NCBI GenBank assembly: GCA_012837435.1
Contig: DURD01000027.1
Location: forward strand, 12,384 to 76,383
Direction of reading: 5' to 3'
DNA from: Erysipelotrichaceae bacterium
Lineage (GTDB): Bacteria; Bacillota_I; Bacilli_A; RFN20; CAG-826
Length of the DNA stretch: 64,000 bases
Below the pieces are notes generated by a model. It did no database searches. It was not told where the DNA came from and saw only the letters and a list, made by a program, of their open reading frames with translations. Below are positions 55,077-64,000 of the stretch, piece after piece (the first letter of the stretch is position 1; every line of letters begins with the position of its first letter). The translations under genes and the position numbers were made by a program.

Positions 55077-55340
55077 TCCCCATAACCTAAATAAATTTCT
55101 AACAAAATTACCTCTTACAACTTCTAACCTCATAAAGAATCATAGATGGGTGTGGTTTTATTTTTGTTTCACATTCAAGTTAACTTTGATGTAAAGTAAA
55201 ATTAATAAAAAATTGTTGGTAGTATATAATATAAAATATTATAAAACTTTATCTATGCTTTTAAGTAAACTTTTGATTACATTTATTGTTGCAAAAGGAT
55301 AAGGAAGTATTCTATTATAATGCAAAATGAGGAAATTGGT

Positions 55341-56978
55341 ATGACTATTGGTGAAAAGATTACCCATCTAAGAATCGTTAACAACATCTCGCAAGAAGAA
55401 TTAGCCGCTATTTTGAAGATTTCTCGACAATCTCTCTCTAAATGGGAAAACGATGACGTTTCCCCTTCTTTAGATAAAGTTAGAGAATTATGTTCTTTAT
55501 TCAAAGTAAGCGCCGATGAACTAATCGATGATAATATCGTTATCCATAAAGGAAGAAGAATTGAACTACCAGATGAAAACATTAAGACCAAATACTTTGG
55601 TACTGATGGATTTAGAGGAGAAGCTAACGAATCGTTAAACTCCGACCGCGCTTATAAAATCGGTCGTTTCCTCGGTTGGTTTTATAGCAATCCCAAATAC
55701 ACTATGCAAAAGGAAGACTATCGACCAAAGATTGTTATCGGTAAGGATACGAGAAGATCTTCTTATATGCTCGAATACGCAGTGGCAGCGGGAGCCGCCT
55801 CCAGCGGAGCGGACGTCGAACTTTTACACGTTACTACCACGCCATCGGTCAGTTATATCGTGCGACAAGATTGTTTCGATTGTGGGGTAATGATTACCGC
55901 ATCTCATAATCCCTTCTATGATAATGGCATTAAGATTATCAATAGCCATGGAGAAAAGATTGAAGATGGGATCGCCTATCTAGCGGAAGCTTATCTAGAA
56001 GGCGACTTTAAAACGTTAGAAATTGAGGGCGAGGATTTACCTTTTGCTAAAAGAGAAAACATCGGCACGATTAACGATTATTCCTCTGGTAGAAATAGAT
56101 ATATCGGTTATTTAATCTCCTTAGCTAAACATAGCATGAAGAAATTAAAAATTGGTTTAGATACCGCGAATGGCGCTGCTTGGATGATCGCTAAATCAGT
56201 CTTTGAAGCTTTGGGCGCACAAGTGTTTATCATTAACAATAAACCCAATGGCTTAAACATTAACTTAAATGCCGGTAGCACCCATATTCAGGAATTCTCA
56301 AAATTTGTCGAACAAAATAAGTTGGATGTCGGCTTTGCGTTTGATGGCGACGCCGATCGATGTATCGCCGTAGATGAAAACGGTAAAGTAGTCGATGGCG
56401 ATAAGATTTTGTATCTTTTAGCTAACAAGCTAAAACGCGAAGACGTGTTAGAAAAAGATACAGTGGTGGCGACGGTCATGTCTAATTCTGGTTTAGAGAA
56501 AGCTTTAAAACAAATCGGTGTCGAGATGGTTAGAACTCAAGTAGGCGATCGATTTGTCTTTGAAAAGATGATGGAAGAGGGATATGTTCTCGGAGGAGAA
56601 CAATCGGGACATATCATCATTAGAAAATACGCTACAACAGGGGACGGCATGTTGACAGCAATTATGATTGCTGAAGAGATGCTCGAACAAAAAGAAACAT
56701 TATCAAAACTCGTTTCACCTGTTAAAGTATTCCCCCAAGTACTGAAAAGTGTCCGCGTCACCGATAAAAACGCGGTAATGGATGATAAAGTCGTCTTAGC
56801 GAGATTTGAAGAAATAAATAAAGAAATTAGCGATAACGGAAGAGCCTTATTAAGACAATCTGGCACGGAACCAGTTGTGAGAATTATGGTGGAAAATTCT
56901 ACTTTAGAAAAATGCAACGAATATATCGATCGCATTTATAACGTCATCAAGAAAAGAGGTTATGTGTTAAGTGAGTAA
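55341..56978 (+). CDS. glmM: XRE-family HTH fused to phosphoglucosamine mutase
   Basis: GAGGA RBS at 55329-55333. N-terminal IGEKITHLRIVNNISQEELAAILKISRQSLSKWENDD, about 30 aa of linker, then KYFGTDGFRGEAN, TASHNPFYDNGIK, FDGDADR and GEQSGH. Confidence 0.85.
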   Translation: MTIGEKITHLRIVNNISQEELAAILKISRQSLSKWENDDVSPSLDKVRELCSLFKVSADELIDDNIVIHKGRRIELPDENIKTKYFGTDGFRGEANESLNSDRAYKIGRFLGWFYSNPKYTMQKEDYRPKIVIGKDTRRSSYMLEYAVAAGAASSGADVELLHVTTTPSVSYIVRQDCFDCGVMITASHNPFYDNGIKIINSHGEKIEDGIAYLAEAYLEGDFKTLEIEGEDLPFAKRENIGTINDYSSGRNRYIGYLISLAKHSMKKLKIGLDTANGAAWMIAKSVFEALGAQVFIINNKPNGLNINLNAGSTHIQEFSKFVEQNKLDVGFAFDGDADRCIAVDENGKVVDGDKILYLLANKLKREDVLEKDTVVATVMSNSGLEKALKQIGVEMVRTQVGDRFVFEKMMEEGYVLGGEQSGHIIIRKYATTGDGMLTAIMIAEEMLEQKETLSKLVSPVKVFPQVLKSVRVTDKNAVMDDKVVLARFEEINKEISDNGRALLRQSGTEPVVRIMVENSTLEKCNEYIDRIYNVIKKRGYVLSE

Positions 56979-57642
56979 ATTAGTAGTTAAGACTAACGAG
57001 TTATTCGATTTAAGTGACTCTTTACTAAAAGACTATTTTGCTGAGACAACTTACCCTTGGGAAATAGTGTCTCATATTAAGTCAATTATTAATGAACTAT
57101 TAGAAAAAGGTATTCCTGGTTATCATCTTTTAAAAGAAGGGGTTCTCGTCGGCGAAAATGTCAGTGTGGCCTCAACCGCGACCATCATCGCTCCAGCGAT
57201 TATCGGAAAGAATACTGAAATTAGACCGGGAGCCTATCTTAGAGGCGATGTCATCGTCGGTGAAAACTGCATTTTGGGTAATTCCTGTGAATTTAAAAAC
57301 TGCATTCTTTTAAATCATGTACAAGCACCACACTTCAACTATGTGGGTGATTCTATCTTAGGCAACCATGCCCATTTAGGTGCAGGAGTCATCTGCTCTA
57401 ACCTAAGAAGCGATTGGCAAGAAGTGGTTGTGCGTGGAGAACAAGAATATCAAACCGGTTTAAAAAAGCTCGGCGCGGTACTAGGGGATTATAGTGACAT
57501 CGGTTGTCAAAGTGTCCTCAATCCTGGAACAGTCATCGGACCACATACACAAGTTTATCCATTGAGTATGGTAAGAGGTGTGGTTCCAGAAAAGAGCGTT
57601 TATAAATGTAAAGATAATATTATCGAAAAGGAAACTAGGTAA
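56971..57642 (+). CDS. Stand-alone left-handed beta-helix acetyltransferase resembling the GlmU C-terminal domain
   Basis: GTG start overlaps the glmM stop. HFNYVGDSILGNHAHLGAGVICSNL resembles the GlmU HLSYLGD..IG..NIGAGTIT region. No nucleotidyltransferase domain is present. Confidence 0.6.
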   Translation: MSKLVVKTNELFDLSDSLLKDYFAETTYPWEIVSHIKSIINELLEKGIPGYHLLKEGVLVGENVSVASTATIIAPAIIGKNTEIRPGAYLRGDVIVGENCILGNSCEFKNCILLNHVQAPHFNYVGDSILGNHAHLGAGVICSNLRSDWQEVVVRGEQEYQTGLKKLGAVLGDYSDIGCQSVLNPGTVIGPHTQVYPLSMVRGVVPEKSVYKCKDNIIEKETR

Positions 57643-57647
57643 TAAAT

Positions 57648-58400
57648 ATGAAAGTCATCATTGGGGATCGAAGTAAAATCAGCTCTTTAATCGCGGATAT
57701 CGTAATCGAACAAGTCAACGCTAAACCGAATAGCGTTTTAGGCTTTGCGACGGGTACCTCTCCTTTAGAAGTCTATGCTTGTATGGCAAAAGCTCATCAA
57801 GAAGGAAGAGTGTCTTTTAAGTCTGTTATTTCTTTTAATCTCGATGAATATATCGGTTTAAATGGAAAACACATTCAATCATACCGTTATTATATGGATG
57901 ATAATTTATTCAATCATATCGATATCGATAAAAAGAATACCTATGTACCTAAAGGGGTGGGACATTATAAGGCTTACGCTAGTAAGTACGATGAAAAAAT
58001 CGCTTCTTACGGAGGGATTGATTTACAAATTCTAGGGATTGGCAGCGATGGACATATCGCTTTTAATGAACCTGGAACCTCCTTTGATTCTTTAACACAT
58101 GTCACGGATTTAATGGAAATGACGATTAAAGATAACGCCCGTCTATTTAAAGACATTCGCGAAGTGCCCACTAAAGCGATAACTATGGGTATCAAGAGCA
58201 TCATGAACGCTAGAAGGATCGTTCTTATCGCCACTGGCAAAAGTAAAGCTCAAGCCATCTATAATCTAATCAATGGTCCCATCACCGAAGAAGTCCCTTG
58301 CTCTATTTTAAGAAGACATCCGAATTGCACAATCTATGTCGATGATGAAGCTTATAGTTTAGTTAAAGAAGAAAGATTATTGAACGGAAAGGGAATATAA
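57648..58400 (+). CDS. nagB: Glucosamine-6-phosphate deaminase
   Basis: GFATGTSP and LGIGSDGHIAFNEP motifs. Confidence 0.9.
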   Translation: MKVIIGDRSKISSLIADIVIEQVNAKPNSVLGFATGTSPLEVYACMAKAHQEGRVSFKSVISFNLDEYIGLNGKHIQSYRYYMDDNLFNHIDIDKKNTYVPKGVGHYKAYASKYDEKIASYGGIDLQILGIGSDGHIAFNEPGTSFDSLTHVTDLMEMTIKDNARLFKDIREVPTKAITMGIKSIMNARRIVLIATGKSKAQAIYNLINGPITEEVPCSILRRHPNCTIYVDDEAYSLVKEERLLNGKGI

Positions 58401-58415
58401 TTGAGAGGATATTCT

Positions 58416-58450
58416 AAAAGTAGACGCATACAAACGCAGTCTACTTTTTT
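58416..58450. terminator. Terminator between convergent genes
   Basis: Stem AAAAGTAGAC (58416-58425) / GTCTACTTTT (58439-58448), flanked by an A-run and a T-run. Confidence 0.7.
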
Positions 58451-58461
58451 AATCGTGCTTT

Positions 58462-58887
58462 TTACTCATTTGCAAGAAGTACTTTTAAATAATCTAGGGT
58501 GGGCTGCTCTATTAAAGCGCTTAATAAGAAACCAAAAGTACTGAGAACTTCGCTTTCATTTATCAAGCCATAGGAAGCATAGTGCAGTTCCAGATAGTTT
58601 TTATCATTGATATCGGTGATATAGGCTTTAAACCAAGGATTAGTTTCATTAAAACCATTGATTAAAAACAATTTATCCGTGGTTTTATCCATTTCATCGA
58701 AGGTTAAAAATAAATGCATAGTTCCACTGTCGTAGACTATGAGACGACAATAAAAAGGATTGGCAAAATAATCCTTAGCCACAATCGTGGAATGAACGAT
58801 AAGGGAGTCTTTCTTTTCCTCTTGAACTTGTAGGCCAATTTTTTCGCCTAGTTTTAATAACTTCTCTTTTAGCAATAGGATATTCAT
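58462..58887 (-). CDS. Hypothetical cytoplasmic protein
   Basis: 141-aa ORF on the minus strand with coding-like composition. I recognise no motif. Confidence 0.45.
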   Translation of the reverse strand: MNILLLKEKLLKLGEKIGLQVQEEKKDSLIVHSTIVAKDYFANPFYCRLIVYDSGTMHLFLTFDEMDKTTDKLFLINGFNETNPWFKAYITDINDKNYLELHYASYGLINESEVLSTFGFLLSALIEQPTLDYLKVLLANE

Positions 58888-58977
58888 ATTTTTATCTCCG
58901 AAATAGCGAAAATATTATAGCACGTTTCTTTATTGTTCTTTATTAGAATAATCGACATTATTTTTTGATTAATAAGT

Positions 58978-60063
58978 TCATTCGACCGCTAACTTCAACA
59001 AATTTTCAGCGCTTAACAAATTATCGATATCTTCTTTGTTATCGAGGACTAAGTCCTTAGTTTTTTTGTAGAACAAATTGATTATTTCATCGGTGTATGT
59101 TCTAGCGTACCGATAATCTTTTTCAGTTTTTCCTTCGAGATTTTCTTCTAATAAGATAATTAGGCACCTTCTTAAAAGAGCCAATAAAGAAGTTTCGAGC
59201 CAACAATCGATATTTCTATCTATTTTTTTGAGAGAGACAAATAAAGATAAACCTTCTTCAGCGTTATGCCATAAGTCGGCGAATATATAATCATACTTAT
59301 CTTTTTTATGGTTTATCTTTAAGTAATTAATCGCATCATCTTTGATGATGTTAATTTTATTTTTATTAGGGAAACAAGGAAAAATCATCTCGTTAAATAA
59401 TGAAATGATGTTTTGATCTTTTTCGATAATGGTAATGCTTTTAACATTATCTTTGAGAGATAACATATAAGGAACATAACCCATTCCTAAACCTAAGACT
59501 AAAACCTCGCCGTGTCCTTTTTCGATTGGCGATTTCATGGTTTCTATCTCATTAGGATTAAGCGACATCCAAACATTATCATCTTGGGTAAGCGCTAAAT
59601 AGGAAAAAGGAACATCAAAATAGCCAATCGCTGAAAATTCTTGATACTTTTCATTGACGCTAATTTCATCATAGGCAAATAACTGATAGGGTTCATAAGT
59701 TAGTCTTTTTAGAGCATAGGAACCATTTTTACCTTCTTTAGTATGGGCTTTAACAAAGGGATTATTTAAATAGTCGTTAGGATCTAACTTTTTAAGATTG
59801 TTCAAAAAATATAGTTCCATGATATTTTGATTGTCTTCATTTTGGTCATCCAATTTATAAAAATCATATAAAAGCTCTATCAGAGCCTCGTTTTCAGTTT
59901 TACCTTCTAAGAGATATAATTCCATGTCATTTTTATCAAAAATATCGACATAACTAAACGCCGTCCATAACATGTCCGCGACATTGATATTGAGGTTGTT
60001 GGTATCAACGATTTTCTTTATTTCATCTTGGCAATTTATAATCACATTTATATTTAAACACAA
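58978..60063 (-). CDS. Spermidine-synthase-like SAM-dependent methyltransferase-fold protein
   Basis: GEVLVLGLGMGY (SAM-binding motif I), ITIIEKD and DYIFADLW. The TTG start is uncertain. Confidence 0.5.
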   Translation of the reverse strand: MCLNINVIINCQDEIKKIVDTNNLNINVADMLWTAFSYVDIFDKNDMELYLLEGKTENEALIELLYDFYKLDDQNEDNQNIMELYFLNNLKKLDPNDYLNNPFVKAHTKEGKNGSYALKRLTYEPYQLFAYDEISVNEKYQEFSAIGYFDVPFSYLALTQDDNVWMSLNPNEIETMKSPIEKGHGEVLVLGLGMGYVPYMLSLKDNVKSITIIEKDQNIISLFNEMIFPCFPNKNKINIIKDDAINYLKINHKKDKYDYIFADLWHNAEEGLSLFVSLKKIDRNIDCWLETSLLALLRRCLIILLEENLEGKTEKDYRYARTYTDEIINLFYKKTKDLVLDNKEDIDNLLSAENLLKLAVE

Positions 60064-60143
60064 TCGAAACGATTTGTTTATTTTTGTTTAGTATGTCATC
60101 ATAAAACAGTATTATATTAATAGATAATTCTGAGGTACTTGAT

Positions 60144-61829
60144 ATGAAAAAGTTGCTTAAATCTTTAATCATTATTCTAGTGATTTTCGTGGTGATACCC
60201 TTCGCATTAATTTACGGTTTCCTTTACGATTCCAGTAAAATGAAGGTCACTTATGACGCGAACTTTTCACAAGAAAAGTGGGCGGAAGCTCTAGTGGTCG
60301 ACTCTTTAGACGATACGGTGGAAGATGAAAAGGTTAAATTTTCAATCACTGAAGAAGAAATTAACAATTTCATTTATTCAGCGATTAAAGATAATGCCGA
60401 GATTAAAAAATATCTCACTCAACTAGCGCTAGATGTTCGAGAGAATGACTATCTCATCTCGGCTTCTGGTAAACTCGCCGTTTTTGAAACGCGCGCTAAA
60501 CTGAGCGTTCAGTTGTCAAGAGAAATAGTTGTCAGCCAAAGCGGCGAAAAAGAAGCTTTAGTCATGACCATTAAAAATCTAACCGTGGGACGTTTAACGA
60601 AGTTAAAAGAAGTTATCATGTTTTTTGTCACTCAACTAATCAACAATCAAACGATGGATAGCTTAACTCAAGAATTCAATATCCATTTTGATTTAAAACA
60701 ATCTCGCATGTTTATCTATATGGATGATTTGATGAGCCTCATCAATCAAACCGCTTCGGATGAAGGGGGAATGAGCGATTTCTATTTCGCTTTTCTCAAT
60801 GACTTTATCAGCAAAAATTTAGTCAACATCGATTTTTATAGCGATGAATCTTTAACGGTAGAAGTCAATTTAGAAAGACTGACGGGTAACGATTATGGTG
60901 AAGGCGACCATGTTTATTATCCGATGAACTATGAAGATACTTTGACTAAGCTTAAGATTGAGGGAGTGGATAAAAAGTTATCTCTGGAAGTTATAAAAGA
61001 AGCCCTCTTAGTTTTAATGAACGAAGGCTCAATCGATAAAGACCAATGCTTCGATGTCAGTGAATATCTATTCAATGGTCATAAAGGTGATGCAGTATCA
61101 AATAACGCTCCAGCGTGTTCTTTAGCAAGCATCGGTATCAATAACAAAGAAACCTACCCAGGTTTCAACCTCATCCCCGAGACTTCATTAGAAGATATCA
61201 TCACCAACTCTCTAACTTCATTTGAAAATTATAATGTCACCGATGATAGTTTTGATATCGCCCAGATTAGCGAAGCGGATATCAACACTGTTATCAAAGC
61301 CCAAGATATTCTCGGTAATAAATTTTTCTTATCGAGAGAAGTCGAAGAAAATCAAAACAAACTCAGCTATATCGCTCTTGATAATGTCTATATCAATTTG
61401 ACCGCGACCGAAGCCTTTTTAAGTGTAGGCTTAAATCTCAATGGCTTAGAAACCATCATCACTTTCACGATGATGATCGATGAAAATAATGAGGATCCAC
61501 AAAAACTTGTCTACAACATCATCAGCGTTTATTTTGGCGAATCTCTATATAACATCACCGTTTCGCAAGAAACAAGAGAGTTCTTATTTAGAATACTCGC
61601 TGAGGCGGTCAGCGATGGAGCGTTTAGCTTTTCAGAAGATGGTAAGATGACTATTTCTTTAGATTCCTTTATCAATGCGGCCATCAATAATGTCGATACT
61701 GGCAATCCTGTTTACGATGCGATGTATCGAAATTTCTTACAAAACAATGCCGATTTCTCGATCAGCGTAGTTGGCACGGATGCCGCGGCTAATTCGACAG
61801 TGAAAGTTACCGCTACTCGCAGAATTTAA
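60144..61829 (+). CDS. Membrane-anchored extracytoplasmic protein of unknown function
   Basis: N-terminal TM/signal anchor LLKSLIIILVIFVVIPFALIYGF followed by 530 aa of acidic ectodomain. Confidence 0.55.
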   Translation: MKKLLKSLIIILVIFVVIPFALIYGFLYDSSKMKVTYDANFSQEKWAEALVVDSLDDTVEDEKVKFSITEEEINNFIYSAIKDNAEIKKYLTQLALDVRENDYLISASGKLAVFETRAKLSVQLSREIVVSQSGEKEALVMTIKNLTVGRLTKLKEVIMFFVTQLINNQTMDSLTQEFNIHFDLKQSRMFIYMDDLMSLINQTASDEGGMSDFYFAFLNDFISKNLVNIDFYSDESLTVEVNLERLTGNDYGEGDHVYYPMNYEDTLTKLKIEGVDKKLSLEVIKEALLVLMNEGSIDKDQCFDVSEYLFNGHKGDAVSNNAPACSLASIGINNKETYPGFNLIPETSLEDIITNSLTSFENYNVTDDSFDIAQISEADINTVIKAQDILGNKFFLSREVEENQNKLSYIALDNVYINLTATEAFLSVGLNLNGLETIITFTMMIDENNEDPQKLVYNIISVYFGESLYNITVSQETREFLFRILAEAVSDGAFSFSEDGKMTISLDSFINAAINNVDTGNPVYDAMYRNFLQNNADFSISVVGTDAAANSTVKVTATRRI

Positions 61830-61974
61830 TTATTAGTGAAGTAATATTAACATTAGGTAATTTTTCAGCGTATTAAGCATTTGAATATTAATTTTAGTGA
61901 GTTCAACTCTAATCGACGGTTATTCATTTTTTAGATTATAGTTTTTATTAAATGTTAAAATAGATGATGTTAAG

Positions 61975-63138
61975 ATGCGTTCAATAAAAATTATGAAAAA
62001 ATGTTCTATTATTGTGCTTTCAATTTTTATTTTAGTAAATTGTTCTAGTATTAAAGTCGAAGATAGCAAAGCAACTTCTAATCAATCACCATCGACGATT
62101 TCTAGTGTTGATGAACAAAGCAGTAGGGGCAACGACGTTACTAATTCTAGTCAATTCAGTGGAGTTTTTTCTCAAGTTGAATCTAGCGAAACCATCAATG
62201 CAGTTTTTAATTTTGCTTTAGAATACCAATTAAAAGTTCCTGATTCCGATCTTTCTTATAATGTTCTTTGGACAGGTTATGATTTATGCAATAAGTTCGG
62301 TCCAACGATAACTAAACAACACCGTTTCTTTACCTATTTAACCCGCTATCGAGAAAATCAGAATTCCTTTTGGTTGCTATATTTGCCCAAAAGCGATATC
62401 AGCGAAGCGGGTGACTGGCTTACTAGTTATAAGGAAAACTATGGGAGAGATTCAAAAAACTATCATTTTGCCGAAGAAGAAAATGTCATCGATGGAAAAT
62501 TTCTCCTTTATGCCCAAAAGAATAACCTCGTTAATTTTAGTGTTTATTACACCAACGACTTGTCGCTAGTACCGTTTACCATTTTAAATCAACAACTCGT
62601 CGTGTGTTTACAGGTAAAGACAATAGTAATTGAAGAAAACGTTAGCCTCGGAATAAAAATTAATAAGGACGTTGATGTTTTAAGAAGATTTGAATTAGTT
62701 TATAACGAAGAAACCAAAAAATTAGAGCAGTATGTATTTGCTTTTCCTGAAAAGTCTAATGTGCTTTATGTCGACGATATATTTTCTTATCAAGGTAAAA
62801 GAATCGAAGCTTATCCTAGCGAATTTGAAAACATTGAGTACTGTTATTGCCCTTTGATGGGATTAGAAGGAAGTGGACTTCATAAGACCGTAAGAGCTAA
62901 TATTATCGACGAAAAAATAATTTTACCTAGATATGTTTACTACGATGGAGAATTCATCGATCTCTTGGATTCTAATTCAGATTTATTTTTTGTAGAGGAC
63001 GTTTATCGCGAATTTAAAGATTTGTTTTTAGAGGCTTATTTATATGACTATGAATATTCTCAGGGATTATACCAATACGCTGCTTTTGATTATGAAAAAG
63101 TCGATTCAATCATTAAAGAAATAGGAGGAACATTATGA
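61975..63138 (+). CDS. Putative lipoprotein
   Basis: Signal peptide with lipobox-like ILVNC followed by a Ser-rich linker. Confidence 0.6.
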   Translation: MRSIKIMKKCSIIVLSIFILVNCSSIKVEDSKATSNQSPSTISSVDEQSSRGNDVTNSSQFSGVFSQVESSETINAVFNFALEYQLKVPDSDLSYNVLWTGYDLCNKFGPTITKQHRFFTYLTRYRENQNSFWLLYLPKSDISEAGDWLTSYKENYGRDSKNYHFAEEENVIDGKFLLYAQKNNLVNFSVYYTNDLSLVPFTILNQQLVVCLQVKTIVIEENVSLGIKINKDVDVLRRFELVYNEETKKLEQYVFAFPEKSNVLYVDDIFSYQGKRIEAYPSEFENIEYCYCPLMGLEGSGLHKTVRANIIDEKIILPRYVYYDGEFIDLLDSNSDLFFVEDVYREFKDLFLEAYLYDYEYSQGLYQYAAFDYEKVDSIIKEIGGTL

Positions 63139-64000
63139 TTTATATCTCGCTTTTGTTTTTATTTTCTAGTTGCTTATCTTTAGTTAACGTGCCCTCTATC
63201 GACACTTGTAACATCATTCGGAAAAGCAATTCTAATCCTGGAATCGCTAATTATATGACAGAAAATGTTTTCGAGACTGATTTTGTTTCGACATCAGTGG
63301 GTTATTAAATTCGCTCAACAATGACCGGATTGAGTATTTTCAAAATTTATTTGATTATTCTCCCACAAATTCTTATTTTTCATGTGGATATGTTTCCTTC
63401 ATTCAATACCTATGTTACTACGATTGTTTTTTTAATGACTCTATTGTTCCTGAAAACTATGAAAAAAACCAAGGGAACGCATCTTCGCTTGCTCTGGCTA
63501 GGTCTATTTCGCCTGGCGTACTCAAACAATCATATCCAGGAACATCACCCGAATTATACACCTTCATTCTAAATAATATGGATAGTGATTACCAAATGAA
63601 GCTCATGTATATCGTAAATGAATCCATGCAGAATAGCCAAAGCAATTATAGTTGTTCGATAGGAATGTGGGATTACTATCGTATTGTCAATACTATTTCC
63701 GCTTTTGATAACACTTCTTTCGATTATGTATGCGTGCAAGACTTTGGCTACGATGCAGAGCCGACTGATCCAAATGTAGTTATGTGGTTTGATTCTTATG
63801 TAAAGTCAGAGATTGATAATGGAAAGCCGGTTATGCTTCATATTGCTTCATATGATCCCAGTAACGGGAACTATAATAATTACCATTCCGTTGTTGCATA
63901 TTACTACGATAGCAATGGCATACATGCTAATTTTGGGTGGGGTTAAAATTCTACAGACGTAGTAATTGGGAGTGGTTATCAAATAACGGAGGCTGGAACA
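63135..64000 (+). pseudogene. Papain-fold cysteine peptidase-like lipoprotein gene, interrupted (runs to the window edge)
   Basis: AGGAGG RBS. The signal peptide/lipobox (LFLFSSC) is in the frame starting 63135, which stops at 63306-63308. The frame that is open from 63281 continues with a Cys motif (NSYFSCGYVSF), a His motif (YHSVVAYYYD) and NFGWG. An in-frame TAA follows at 63944, and the same frame stays open beyond it. Confidence 0.5.

Noticed and set aside
34416-55320. Looked for integrase, transposase, recombinase or prophage genes and flanking att repeats to explain the islets
   Set aside because: No ORF shows tyrosine/serine recombinase or DDE motifs, and I could not find convincing long direct repeats at the islet borders by eye.
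63321-63572. 83-aa ORF in the ORF track
   Set aside because: This is a hydrophobic, low-complexity translation in the wrong frame. The overlapping frame that is open from 63281 encodes recognisable peptidase motifs.
1-64000. Mollicute-type genetic code (TGA = Trp), considered because of the low GC content
   Set aside because: Full-length conserved proteins are obtained with the standard code, and several genes (dxs, cpsC-like, the AAA_21 ATPase) terminate in TGA exactly where the next gene starts.

Overview
Low-GC chromosome segment that uses the standard genetic code: TGA is a stop (dxs and cpsC-like both end in TGA) and no ORF needs TGA read as Trp. It is probably from a Bacillota or Acholeplasma-like lineage. 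Nearly all genes are on the + strand. Layout: (i) 1-8.2 kb is housekeeping: clpB 3' part, an alpha/beta hydrolase, split aconitase-X, a VanZ-like protein, and dxs-ispH-uppS. (ii) 8.2-34.4 kb is a ~26 kb Wzx/Wzy-type capsule/exopolysaccharide locus. It starts with a structured leader and a conserved 5' module (Wzz/CpsC-like, BY-kinase CpsD-like, PHP phosphatase CpsB-like, an in-locus NusG paralog, CapD-like dehydratase). A visibly AT-richer variable cassette follows: PIG-L deacetylase, small phosphoglycosyl transferase, Ugd, two ATP-grasp ligases, an AsnC regulator with a PLP aminotransferase, split Alg14/Alg13-like GT, GT2, two GT4s, Wzy, Wzx, a pyruvyl transferase with an FrhB-like Fe-S protein, and FnlA/FnlC/FnlB for UDP-L-FucNAc. 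Two genes in the cassette look damaged. (iii) 34.5-55.1 kb is a mosaic of four AT-rich defence/toxin-antitoxin islets interleaved with core-like genes (a GT2, an aminotransferase, gdhA). I recognised no integrase or transposase. The islets hold an AAA+ ATPase + cytoplasmic S8 subtilase pair (IetAS-type architecture) followed by a tiny basic protein and a zinc-hook ABC ATPase (RloC/AAA_13-like); an ABC ATPase + small RloB/DUF4276-like partner; HigB-like + HTH-ImmA/IrrE; a small protein + YhcG/DUF1016 nuclease; an orphan ABC ATPase; a DUF4143 ATPase preceded by four exact-period 23-bp tandem repeats; and AbiEi/AbiEii. (iv) 55.3-64 kb holds an XRE-HTH::GlmM fusion, a GlmU-like LbH acetyltransferase, nagB, two minus-strand genes, surface proteins, and a broken papain-fold peptidase gene. 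I recognised no rRNA, tRNA or CRISPR array. All family calls rest on motifs read by eye from the translations. No database search was run.
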